Assembly: GCA_002269645.1 (NCBI GenBank)
Contig: NIVC01000089.1
Coordinates: 186,001-250,000, forward strand
Source of the DNA: Macrostomum lignano
Taxonomy: Eukaryota
DNA length: 64,000 nt
Reading direction: 5' to 3'
The notes below the pieces were generated by a model. The model did no database searches and was not told the origin of the DNA. It was given only the letters and a program-made list of their open reading frames with translations. A program made the position numbers and the translations under genes. Positions 9,801 to 20,949 of the stretch are shown here, piece by piece. Position 1 is the stretch's first letter, and every line of letters starts with the position of its first letter.

Positions 9801-12800
9801 CTACTTGTTAGTAGGCAATGGGGGAGATAGAGGGGGAAAGCTCACCGCGGCCAATCTCGCATCAGCAGTCAGGCTGTTTAGCAGCAGCGCAGCGGCAGCC
9901 TCAGCACTGTCTGGGCAGAACTGTTCAAGCAGCTCGGATTGCAGCTCTTCAAGAGTGGCAGTCAGTAAGTTAGTAGGCAAAGGCCGCTGATCAGAACTAG
10001 ATTGGATCTTGGCACTATCGAGTCGATTCAACAGAAATCTGGCAGCTTCAGCAGTTGCTTGCAGCCGCTTCTGATGGCTCTGTTCAGCGCCGACTGATAT
10101 TGACGCTTTGCGGCTGTCAGCGATGTCCCCATTGTCGCTGCTGTCATCGCTGCTGCTATCGTCATCTATGATGACAACTGAGCTGGATTTGTCTGCGATA
10201 GTTGGGATCGATTTGTTGCACAGCTTACAGCCATCTGACAGCTTACAGCATCTGACAGCTTACAGCATCTGACAGCTTACAGCATCTGACGGCTTACAGC
10301 ATCTGACGGCTTACAGCATCTGACGGCTTACAGCATCTGACGGCTTACAGCAATCTGACAGCCATCACAACAATCTGACAGCCATCACACCAATCTGACA
10401 GCCATCACACCAATCTGACAGCCATCACACCAATCTGACAGCCATCACACCAATCTGACAGCCATCACACCAATCTGACAGCCATCACACCAATCTGACA
10501 GCCATCACACCAATCTGACAGCCATCACACCAATCTGACAGCCATCACACCAATATGACAGCCATCACAACAATCTGACAGCCATCACACCAATATGACA
10601 GCCATCACACCAATATGACAGCCATCACACCAATATGACAGCCATCACAACAATCTGACAGCCATCACACCAATCTGACAGCCATCACACCAATCTGACA
10701 GCCATCACACCAATCTGACAGCCATCATATTAAAAGTCTAAGCCACTGCTCACAAGTGACTTACTTAGATCTCCCTGACACTTGGAGCATCGTGCGGCAG
10801 TGGCCGGATGCTTCTGACTATTCTGTCCAGCCGCAGCAGCCGATCTTCCATCGTCCAAGCCGAATATCCGCCTGCGCAGAGCTTCGGCTTCGCGTCGCAG
10901 CTTCTTAGAGTCGCTATCGGCCGTGGCGCACAGGGCCAAGTGCAGCAGCTGAGCGGCCAGCGGTCCCTCGGACTCAACTGCGCGCAAGAATGCGGCGACG
11001 GAGGCCTGCATAGCCAAACCGGTGAGGCCGTCGGTGGCCTCGCGAAGGGTGTCGACCAGGCAGGCGTAGTTGGCGGCCACTTCGCGCAGGCACTGCAGCG
11101 GCTGCATCCGGGACAGGGGCCGGCGCAGCTTCCAGGTGGAGCCGCAACGCCGCAACGAGGAGGACAGCAAAGTTTCGAAAGCGGATCGGATACGGTTGAT
11201 GGTTGTCTGGCGAACGGCTTCCAAGTGTCTGCGAGGTGCGCAGATGCGGGAGTTTCAACATTCAACTCTGCGTGACTGCCTGTTGAAATCCACTATTCCG
11301 TTGGTGCACGTGCATAATATAACCTGTCTCTACTGGAAGAATTTGGCCCTGCTGTTCAACCCGGTCTCCATCTATGTTGATAGAATCCGCCCCTCTGCTG
11401 ATGGAATCCGCCACTCTGCTGATAGAATCCGCCCCTCTGTTGATAGAATCCACCCCTCCGTTAATAGAATCCGTTGAAAGAATCCGCCTCCGCTGATAGA
11501 ATCTGCTGCCCCTACGTTGCTAGAATCTGCTGCCCTTCCATTGATAAAATCCGCCCCTCCGTTGATAGAATCCGCCCCTCCGTTGATAGAATCCGCCCCT
11601 CCGTTGATAGAATCTGCCCTCCGCTGATAGAATCCGCCCCTCCGCTGATAGAATCCGCTCCTTTGCTGATAGAATCCGCCCCTCTGCTGATAGTCTGCCC
11701 CACCGCAAATAGAATCTGCCCCTCTATTTACAATAATCTACATGTGTTAACTAATTTCGTTACAGTAAAAGCAGTCTTACCTGGACACCACTGGCGAGTT
11801 CTGCGCCGTTTTTTTCGTACCAAACAGCGCTCCGAGCAGAGCGCCGAAATTCGAAATCCGAACGCACAGGTGCTGCGGAGACGCCACGCAGCGCTGAGTG
11901 CACAGGTACTCCAAAAATTCATCGCTGTCGGTGGCTTCGACACGGCGACACCGACTGGAGCTGAACACCTCCAGATAGTTAAGCACGTCTAGGGAGCTGA
12001 TCTGCTCGGATCGGAGCGGTGGGAAGTTAATATATGAACTGATCTGGGGTGGCCCAGCAACTGACACTCTGGGAGGCTGGCCCAGCAACTGGGGATCTGG
12101 GGTTGCAGTGGCCCAGCAACTGAGGATCTGGGAGGCTGGCCCAGCAACTGAGGATCTGGGAGGCTGGCCCAGCAACTGGGGATCTGGGGTTGCAGTGGCC
12201 CAGCAACTGAGGATCTAGGAGGCTGGCCCAGCAACTGACACTCTGGGAGGCTGGCCCAGCAACTGGGGATCTGGGGTTGCAGTGGCCCAGCAACTGAGGA
12301 TCTAGGAGGCTGGCCCAGCAACTGGGGATCTGGGGTTGCAGTGGCCCAGCAACTGAGGATCTGGGAGGCTGGCCCAGCAACTGAGGATCTGGGAGGCTGG
12401 CCCAGCAACTGGGGATCTGGGGTTGCAGTGGCCCAGCAACTGAGGATCTAGGAGGCTGGCCCAGCAACTGACACTCTGGGAGGCTGGCCCAGCAACTGGG
12501 GATCTGGGGTTGCAGTGGCCCAGCAACTGAGGATCTGGGAGGCTGGCCCAGCAACTGAGGATCTGGGAGGCTGGCCCAGCAACTGGGGATCTGGGGTTGC
12601 AGTGGCCCAGCAACTGAGGATCTAGGAGGCTGGCCCAGCAACTGACACTCTGGGAGGCTGGCCCAGCAACTGGGGATCTGGGGTTGCAGTGGCCCAGCAA
12701 CTGAGGATCTAGGAGGCTGGCCCAGCAACTGGGGATCTGGGGTTGCAGTGGCCCAGCAACTGAGGATCTGGGAGGCTGGCCCAGCAACTGAGGATCTGGG

Positions 12801-14334
12801 AGGCTGGCCCAGCAACTGGGGATCTGGGGTTGCAGTGGCCCAGCAACTGAGGATCTAGGAGGCTGGCCCAGCAACTGACACTCTGGGAGGCTGGCCCAGC
12901 AACTGGGGATCTGGGGTTGCAGTGGCCCAGCAACTGAGGATCTAGGAGGCTGGCCCAGCAACTGACACTCTGGGAGGCTGGCCCAGCAACTGAGTATCTG
13001 GGAGGCTGGCCCAGCAACTGACACTCTGGGAGGCTGGCCCAGCAACTGAGGATCTGGGAGGCTGGCCCAGCAACTAGGGATATGGGAGGCTGGCCCAGCA
13101 ACTGAGGATCTGGGAGGCTGGCCCAGCAACTGATGATCTGGGAGGCTGGCCCAGCAACTGGGGATCTGGGAGGCTGGCCCAGCAACTGGGGATCTGGGAG
13201 GCTGGCCCAGCAACTAGGGATATGGGAGGCTGGCAGCCAAAATCTAGTACATGAGGATTTGGAAGGACCTATATAAGGATTTAGAAAATGCAACACAAGC
13301 AAAGCTGAGCAAAAGCACAATTGCAAGCAAATACAAACGCACCTGCGGCACGGCAGTTAGACTGGGATCTGGCCAGAAATATTCCCTAACAAAAGGAAAG
13401 CGCAGCGGGCTGCCCAGCAGAGCCACGTCTCGGGTGAGGCCGCGCGAACCGCTAAGGGAGGCGGCCACCTCGGCCAGAGTGATGAGGTTGCGCTGGCGGA
13501 TCAGGGCCTGAGAATCGTGGGGCGAACAGCTTAGCTGGATTGCATTGCACAAACTACTGTCAAACTGCATAGCATAGTTGTACGATACTCGTATATAATG
13601 GAATACCAATATACCATATTTCAATAAAAACATGTTTACGAGTAACTATAAATTTTACTTGCTATGAACGACGGTATCATAGTTAAAGACAAACTCATTC
13701 TTAGCTGGTTGCTATGGGAAACTGTATCCTTGTAAAAAAACAGACACATCACCTGGTTGCTATGGGAAACTGTATCCTTATAAACAACAGACACATCACC
13801 TGGTTGCTATGGGAAACTGTATCCTTATAAACAACAGACACATCACCTGGTTGCTATGGGCAACTGTGTCCTAATAAGCAACCAACACCTCAGCTGGTTG
13901 CTATGGGCAACTGTGTCCTAATAAACAGCAAACACATCACCTGGTTGCTATGGTCAACTATGCCCTAGTAAACAACAAACATCTCAGCTGGTTGCTATGG
14001 GCAACTGTGTCCTAATAAACAACAAACACCTCAGCTGGTTGCTATGGGCAACTGTGTCCTAATAAACAATAGTCCGCATCCTCAGATAGGCTGGTTGCTA
14101 TGGGAGAGTGCTATGGATACCCTATGGATCAACCTGCACGTGCAGAGCGGCCTGAGCGCCGGCCCTATCCAGCCTGCGCAGAAGCGGCACCCGGTCTGTG
14201 TTGTTGATGCCCCACTGCCACAGGCGGCCGGGGCCCAGCCTCTGCGACATCAGCTCCAGCACTAGGCGGCTTTCAGGGTAGCGCCCGCTGTCAGTCAGCT
14301 GACGGACGCAATCCATAGCCAGCTGGTCCACCAT
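638..14334 (-). CDS. NO VEIN (NOV)/sacsin-like protein: N-terminal NOV region, GHKL (HATPase_c-like) ATPase, C-terminal DUF3883 PD-(D/E)XK-like domain; multi-exon, ~2,500 aa
   Basis: Exons chained by GT-AG and phase: ~14334-14134, 13507-13343, 12001-11781, 11228-10765, 10234-9846, 9681-9384, 8553-7609, 7230-6964, 6174-5711, 5533-5351, 5042-~4540 (donor uncertain), 4174-638. Motifs: [20 protein letters not shown] (NOV N-term), [100 protein letters not shown]. True start codon unresolved. Confidence 0.88.
1165..1335 (-). repeat. In-frame 12-bp coding repeat (AAPS/AATS units) in the NOV-like linker
   Basis: gctgaaggtgcc units on +; translates [20 protein letters not shown]. Confidence 0.85.
4245..4435. 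repeat. 24-bp intronic minisatellite GATTCTGACAGGAAGTCAGAGGGC (~7-8 copies)
   Basis: Direct reading. Confidence 0.95.
5055..5335. repeat. 25-bp intronic minisatellite GTGACTCAAATGAGCGGCCAATTCA (~10 copies)
   Basis: Direct reading; fills intron 5043-5350. Confidence 0.95.
6235..6875. repeat. (TCTG)n microsatellite, ~640 bp
   Basis: Direct reading; source of spurious SVCL/TDRQ ORFs. Confidence 0.97.
6964..7230 (-). CDS. NOV-like exon with GHKL motifs II and III
   Basis: Acceptor ccctcag|AT; [47 protein letters not shown]; donor G|GTTTGT inferred from phase match to the next exon. Confidence 0.85.
7261..7565. repeat. 33/40-bp intronic minisatellite (GAATACTGACTCGAAC core)
   Basis: Direct reading; fills intron 7231-7608. 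Confidence 0.92.
7609..8553 (-). CDS. NOV-like exon with GHKL motif I (ELLQNADDN)
   Basis: Acceptor ctgcacag at 8553/8554, donor G|GTAAGC at 7609/7608; [35 protein letters not shown]. Confidence 0.88.
8635..9345. repeat. 32-bp intronic minisatellite GGATCAGGGATCCAAGGACACACAGTGGGTTA
   Basis: Direct reading; homogeneous toward 9345, degenerate toward 8635. Confidence 0.95.
10225..10727. repeat. Compound 17-bp (ACAGCTTACAGCATCTG) then 20-bp (ACAGCCATCACACCAATCTG) minisatellite
   Basis: Direct reading; begins at the exon boundary at 10234. Confidence 0.95.
11375..11725. repeat. 21-bp intronic minisatellite GATAGAATCCGCCCCTCCGTT
   Basis: Direct reading. Confidence 0.93.
12040..13240. repeat. 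Modular minisatellite: constant GGCCCAGCAACTG core with alternating 15/18-bp modules
   Basis: Direct reading; modules AGGATCTGGGAGGCT, ACACTCTGGGAGGCT, GGGATCTGGGGTTGCAGT. Confidence 0.95.
13700..14105. repeat. 47-bp intronic minisatellite, each unit containing GTTGCTATGG(G/T)(A/C)AAC
   Basis: 8 full motifs starting at 13708, 13756, 13803, 13850, 13897, 13944, 13991, 14038, plus a half site at 14094. Confidence 0.95.
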
Positions 14335-17300
14335 TTGAGGCGCCGGCGACTGCGAGCATCGAGACAGCGTTCGGCAAGTAGTCGCTATGACTGTCAGTCA
14401 GCAGAACCACATACTCTGGTTCAGTTTGAGTTGACAAAGTAGAGCACTTCGGCTTTGGCGGCGAAGGTTGAAGCAACGGAGGTGTGTTTGCAGCGGCGCT
14501 GTTGGCAACTGGCGCCGATTCTAAGAAACGGCGCGCTCGCTGCACAGCCTGGGATGGGCCAGCCGCGCCATCAGAGGAGAATTACGCAATCGTCTGACTC
14601 GTCATCGCATGATGTCGATGTTGTTGATTGGGATTACTGAAAATGCAATTCACAAATATGCTGGTTTGATTCTGACAGTGAAACTGATTTAGTTATATAG
14701 ATTGGAGTCCATTATCAGTATATTAATTCATACTATTTGGCTTGTTATAGATTGATAGATTTATATAAAGTACATTGCATTTATATAACTTAGCAGCCAC
14801 TTGTGCTAACTAGGACTTTGATCACAAATTAAATAATAACTATTGTATAGTATATATAACTAAGTTTAAAAACCAAATTAATATTAATAATAATAAAACG
14901 ATTAATAGTATTTGTTTAAATAATTGATATTTAAAACAAAATTGGCTTAGCACCCCAGATAGTTAAGATTTTGAGGTTGATTGGGATCTAGTTTTTTAGA
15001 TAAGGATCTAATTTTTACTTGACACATGCTGTTCTTATAGGCTAAGATATCTAACTTCATAAATATGGTCTTTTATCAATGACAAAGTTATATTAAAAGT
15101 ATAAGCTATATCATCACTGATTATAGTTACTGTTTTTTATTACACTTTTGAAGAGTTCTGTTATACATATATAAAATATAGTTCCAAGTTTCTATTTTTA
15201 GAGCTCCAAGCAAAAGTTAGTAATGCTGTCATTTTACAAAAACTTTTTAAAAGCCTTATTAGCCCAAAAAGAAGATACAATTGTTTACTTTAATATATAG
15301 CTTTGTTGCTAACAGTGATATGATTGGCAAAGGGCCATTTTTTCGCACCTTACAAAAAAATTGCCAAATTGACAATAGTATTATTTACTAGTTTAAATAA
15401 TATGCTAACTATATATATGTATATGTATATAGAAAACCTAGCACCAAGGTCCAATCCTTGTTGTGGCAATACTTTATCACTTATAAAAGTTTGGCCTGCA
15501 CAAACTAAAAAGCAAATAGCAAATGTCCTTGGACAAAATGAGAATTGAGACTTCATGGTCATTGATTTCTAAACTTTTTTGAAGGTTTGGAAACACTCTG
15601 AGACAGGCACAGGCTATTCCTAACTTCCTGTTCAATAGCCTTCCATTTCAGCACTTGCTTAGCAATTTAAAAATGTGAAAATGCAAATCTAAAATGCCAA
15701 GCTGTCATACTCTATTTTTAAAAGACCATGAAAACAATGAGTGATCATCTTTTGCAATATCTAAATTTAGAATCCTGAATATGGTACTTGATGTTCAAAT
15801 CTATTGCATTCTATTCAATTTTTGAGAGGTCAAATTTCCAAAATGCAAATTGTCACTTACTAAAAATAGCCTGATTCTTGCAAAATTTTACTATAAATAT
15901 AAGCCCAAATCCAAGCTAAAAATCTCAGACTTGGAGCAGCCTCGAAACACCTTGAGCTTACTATAGAAGTGCTAATCGAGGCTATATCTCTAAGGGAAAA
16001 ATAAACCAATTGGTAAGTCTTTGTTTAAGCCTTTGTTATTTGGATTACTGAGAGCAGTTTTATTGCTGGCCATTATTGATCAGTTGATTTAACTGAGTTC
16101 ACTGAATTTGAGGCCTCCCATTTTCCTAAGGGATTGGATAGGATCTGTGGACCAATTCTGATACCCTTAGAGGATTATCAATTTATTGATTTGGATTATC
16201 CTAGAGTAACCAATAGGAGCACACCACTCCAATTCTGTTTTTTCTAGAAGAAGATGCCCTTTTTGGAGGACCTTGTTATTGTTATAGAAAGTTGACTTTG
16301 TTATTAAGGTATATTTTTTATATTGATTTCTGAATCCAAAGCCTATATTGATTTCCACATTTGAGGAATACTGCAACATTAATGGATTAAATTGTTATGC
16401 TCTCACCTTTGGCCAATTTTAGACTTCAAGAAGACTACCTGAGGAATAGCTCTATAGAGACAAGCTCTACAGACATGCGCAACTTAAGTGCAGAGGAGCC
16501 TGCAATAGAAGTGATTATTAAATTTTGTTCCTAGGCTTAGGGTCTAGAAGTGGGAGTTTTTGGATGACTGATTACCATTCATTCAAATTCTTCATTCCTT
16601 CAGTTTCTTCTGCTGGAGCTTGCATTGCTCTTGTTGAAGCTGTTCCAACTCTTGATCCTTCTTCTCCTTATTATAAGTTAGTTCTAGCAGCAGTCCTTGG
16701 CTCTCTTCAATCTGCTTCCATTTTGATTGGATCTCATCTTCTTTCATTTTCAGCTACTATTTCAGATCCAGATTAAACTATGACATTAAGTTTAAATTTG
16801 AATGAAGTGTACATAAATAAACTATAAACATGGTCAGTTCTTACTGGGTTTTTTTTTCGTCCATAACTTGGGTGCGATTTCGCACCCTGTGCTAGATTTC
16901 AGGGTGCAATTTTCAAGACCAGGATGCGCTGCACTGCTGCAGACAAAAACTGGTCTAATACTAATAGTGTTTCAAAGTTTTTGTCCATCCAAACCATCCA
17001 ATGATGATCCAAATTCCAAATTCCAAATGCATATCCATAACAGTCCATAACAGTAGGGGGCCTAAAACATTAAATTGTAAAACCCGCATCATATCCTTGC
17101 AAAAATTTGGGTGCACTTTTCGCACCCTGAGTCAAATTTCAGGGTGCAATTTTTAAGACCAGGATGCTATTTGCACCCATTCACACAAAAAAACCTAGTC
17201 AGTTCATCAAGTAAAAAAAGAAAATTTGAAAATTGAAAAATTGCATCTTTGCTTGACAAAAATTTGTGTCTACCTTTAGAAATCATATATTAGTTTGTGC

Positions 17301-19796
17301 CTTTTTTGTGCATGGCGCAAATTTGCATTTCAATCATACTATTGCCTTGGCTTGGCTATTATGCTAATCTAATCAACAAGATGAGTCTAGGAGCAATAGG
17401 CCCCTATATAGGCCTAAAATTTTATAAAATTAAAATTAGCTTCTTAAAAACATATATTCTTAGTTACAACTTTGATAATAGCTTTTATACTGTAGCACTA
17501 GCAATAATTAGTAAAAGGCCTAGTGGTAATACCAAAGGTGCATTTATTATTGGGTTAGGCCCTATATCTATAATACTATATAGATCTGCTGTCATATATG
17601 CTGGGATATACCCTGATCATCGATCATCGATCATGTACACTTAAAAATAGTAAGACCCTTTTTATATGCTAAGAAATCCTAGCATATATATTGTCTTCCA
17701 AACTATAGGGTTTCTTTGCCTTTGCTTCTTCCCTTAGATCTGTCCCTAAGTGGCTAGGCCTATAAATAAACTTATAGTGGCACAACCAGGAAGAAGGCAG
17801 TTACCCTCTCCCCTTTCTGTAAAGACTAGAAAAAAAACCAAAGGAGGGGGGCAGACCTACTAGAAAAAATATAAAGCCATTCTCTCTATTTTGCCTTGGG
17901 TCTTTACTCTTTACCTTTTAGAATCTGCCCTTTTTGTTTTTTAATAAATATTTGGTTGCACTACTGTGAGTATATCACTCGAATACTCAAAATACTGAAT
18001 ACTCGAATGTCACTCGAAGCTGCACTAAAAAATTCCAATTGCAATCATCTCTGCATACTGCAGCAGCTGCTGCTCGTACGGTCAAATTCGCATCAAGGAC
18101 GATCGAACCCCTTCGCACCACGCTTCGCAGCGAATTGCGCGCTTAAATTGGTGCTTGTAGATACAACAAATAATATTTTAAAGCGCTGTCTTTTTAAAGG
18201 TGAAATAATTATCTTTTTGGGTTAAGAAAGTTTATAAAAGTAGAGATCTCATTTTCTGTTTTACCCAAGGAGGAAAAAGTAAATCGCAGGTTTGATAATT
18301 ATCTTTTTGGTTTTCAAATTATCCCAAAAGTAATATTGAATCATTGCCCGCTTAAAAAATTGAAGCCGATTCCTGGTTAAATTCCAAGTTAAACTGTGAA
18401 TATTCAAGGTTTATCTAGGAATGAGAGTTAAGATCGCTTCCAAGTTAAACTGGCGTTTGAATTCATTGCACTTTAACAAAGCACGATCAAAAAAGTTGAA
18501 AAAATGACTGTTAAACTTAGCTAACTGTAAATTAATTTTAAAGTTTGAAGTTAAAATATTAGGCTGAACTTCTGTACACACATAAATGAAACGCAGCATA
18601 AAAAAGTAATAGATTTGAATGTTATCGCGCGCTGCTCAGAGATACATTTATTTTACAAGCGCGCGCATTCACTTGATAAATGAACTATCGAATTATCGCG
18701 CGAAATCTTTTGGGACATAACTTTCAGACTATAATCTGTAAGATTTTACTACAGCCGCATCTGGGGCATGAGTTTAAAATTTTGATGCGGCTGAGACGCG
18801 GCTAGCAACATGGAAGTGCGCATTCTCAGTTTTGCCTCAATCTCGAAATTAGCTTTCTTTTGTTCATTTCTACTATTTAAAGGGTATTAATAACCAAAAT
18901 AATTAAAGATCAAAGCGATAGGTGTGCAACTATACTACTAATTACTGTTTAGTCCTTGGCTTGTGTCTTGCTATTTTAAAGAATAGATATTTTTATATAA
19001 TATATCTTTTAAAATCTGTCTTGAAACTTTCACAGTAAAAGACACATTGAACACGAATTATGTTTGATAGGTATAATAATATATATATTAGCAAAATTTT
19101 AATTGCATTGTTCTAATAAAAAATAATAGTTAGAAAAATCTGTAAAGAAGCATTACTTTTTGTTCCTCTATCCTCAATTTTAGCAGCCAAAACATGTAGT
19201 TTTTAAATGTAAGAACTATCTCAGCTTTTAGGTAGCTTCATTTTAAAGAGATATTTTTTGTACATATTTGAAATAAACAACTAAAATGGTTTACAGTTTT
19301 ATAGTCACTCAAAATCCTGCTTATCAATGAAAATTCCTTTTAAGACATCTAGAATTCAGTATTAAATCATTATAAATCAATAAATAACTTTAAATCATTA
19401 AATCACAAAAATAACCTGTTTGCATGCACTTGCATTTGCACTTTGAGCTTCCATCATTTGATTTTTATCATCAGTAGTATTTTGTCCTTGTTATTTTTCA
19501 TAATTTTTTTAATTGTGATTAGTGACTTCTAGCTTTATCATGTCAGATAAAAAGCAATGTATAAGCTGTTGGGCATATAGAAGCCGTCAAAAGCGAGCAT
19601 AATTTTCTTGAATAATATAGGTATATTTGTCTGGAATAAGTAGAAAGTTTAAAAAGTACTAACTGTAAAGTTGTAAAACTGCCAAAGTTGGTAGAAGAAA
19701 CACAAAAGTTAATAAAAAATGTGCTTCACAAAAATAGTGCAGTACCATCGAAAAATATGACTAATTTTATTTTCACTGTCCTTACAGTTATTTCAG

Positions 19797-20949
19797 GTTG
19801 CACATGGAGCATCAATTAAACAAATGGTTTGTAGTTCGCTTTGCTCAGAATGCGATGCAAGCCGTCAATGAACAGGACGTGCGCCATTACTGCAGCGAGC
19901 AAAGAAGAGGCTCCTCTACGTCTATGCTACGGGAGGAAAGTACATGTAGACGGACGCTCCTCGAGCAGTTTACAACCCGGGACTCTGATGGGCCCTGCTT
20001 TGCCTACCTTTGCGCTGATCAGGAACTGCCTCCAATCATGGGAATAGAGACGGTAAGAATGGCTGGACAGCGCCTGGCACTTATTTGTTACAGTAAGCGG
20101 CTAGCTTGCAAAACTATAGATTAGAAAATGTGGTATTAGCTGTACAGTAATTGTGTTATGTTTTGTTTTATGAATTTCCCTAACCTTTTAGGGGCGCCGA
20201 CAATCGGCAACCGTGCGACTGGAGCAGATGAACAAAAAGCTCGATAAGTTGATCGAATTGTGCAGCGCCCAGAGTCACGGTGGTAGGACGGTTGGACAGG
20301 CTACACAAGAAAACACGCCTGAGGCTGAACCACAGGACAGGTTGATGGAGGAGCAAAATGGCATCGCGACTGGACAGGAAGGCGATGAGGCGGCATGTAC
20401 ATGTAATCTGGATGATGAGCTCCCGGCCGTAACAATAAACAAACAGCGACTCGACATCGCCATTCAGGCTAATGCTGCGCTCGATGCTACGGCAGCCACC
20501 AAGCTTTGTTACTAAGGAGCTGCTAATCGAACTAATAGGTATGGAGGCTTTTCAAACTTAATTAACAATGTCTGTCACTTCCTTGCAAATATAAAGAAAT
20601 GATTATCATAATTTGAAGTTTTAGGTTTTGCAATTTTATAATAATAAAGGCGCACTAAAGGTTCGCCATTTATAAAAGTTAAAGTCCAACGGCACATTTA
20701 TATTTGCTGTTTATTATCATATTTCAGGTCGTGAGTACATGCGACTCCGGCTCCTATATGCAAGGACTACTTAAGTAGAAGGACGCAAGACTCAGAATTG
20801 GTGAAAATTTCATTGGAGGCCGATTTTTCAATGTATCTCCTGTGTACGCTATTGATCGACAATCCTCCGCCAGTACTGAGGCCCAGCTTGAAATGGCGAA
20901 GACGCTAGCTGTCCGCGGCGACTTACTCGACGAGCTGCTCGCCCCCTAG
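19797..20949 (+). pseudogene. Disrupted 3-exon BEN-domain-like gene (BEND5/6-type architecture)
   Basis: Exons 19797-20052, 20192-20538 and 20728-~20949 with good AG/GT sites, the first two in phase. WFVVRF N-terminal motif, coiled coil RLEQMNKKLDKLIEL, and after a 1-nt frameshift near 20505 KLVTKELLIELIGREYMRLR; stops in exon 3. Family call from recalled consensus. Confidence 0.5.

Noticed and set aside
10360-11725. TGACAG/CCAAT and GC-box/GATA words in the 20- and 21-bp arrays
   Set aside because: 5-7-bp motifs are expected by chance in some repeat unit; not claimed as regulatory.
12040-13240. CRISPR-like array (constant core plus variable spacers)
   Set aside because: Spacers are only 3-4 recurring variants of 15-18 bp, there are no cas genes, and it lies in a eukaryotic intron; it is a variant minisatellite.
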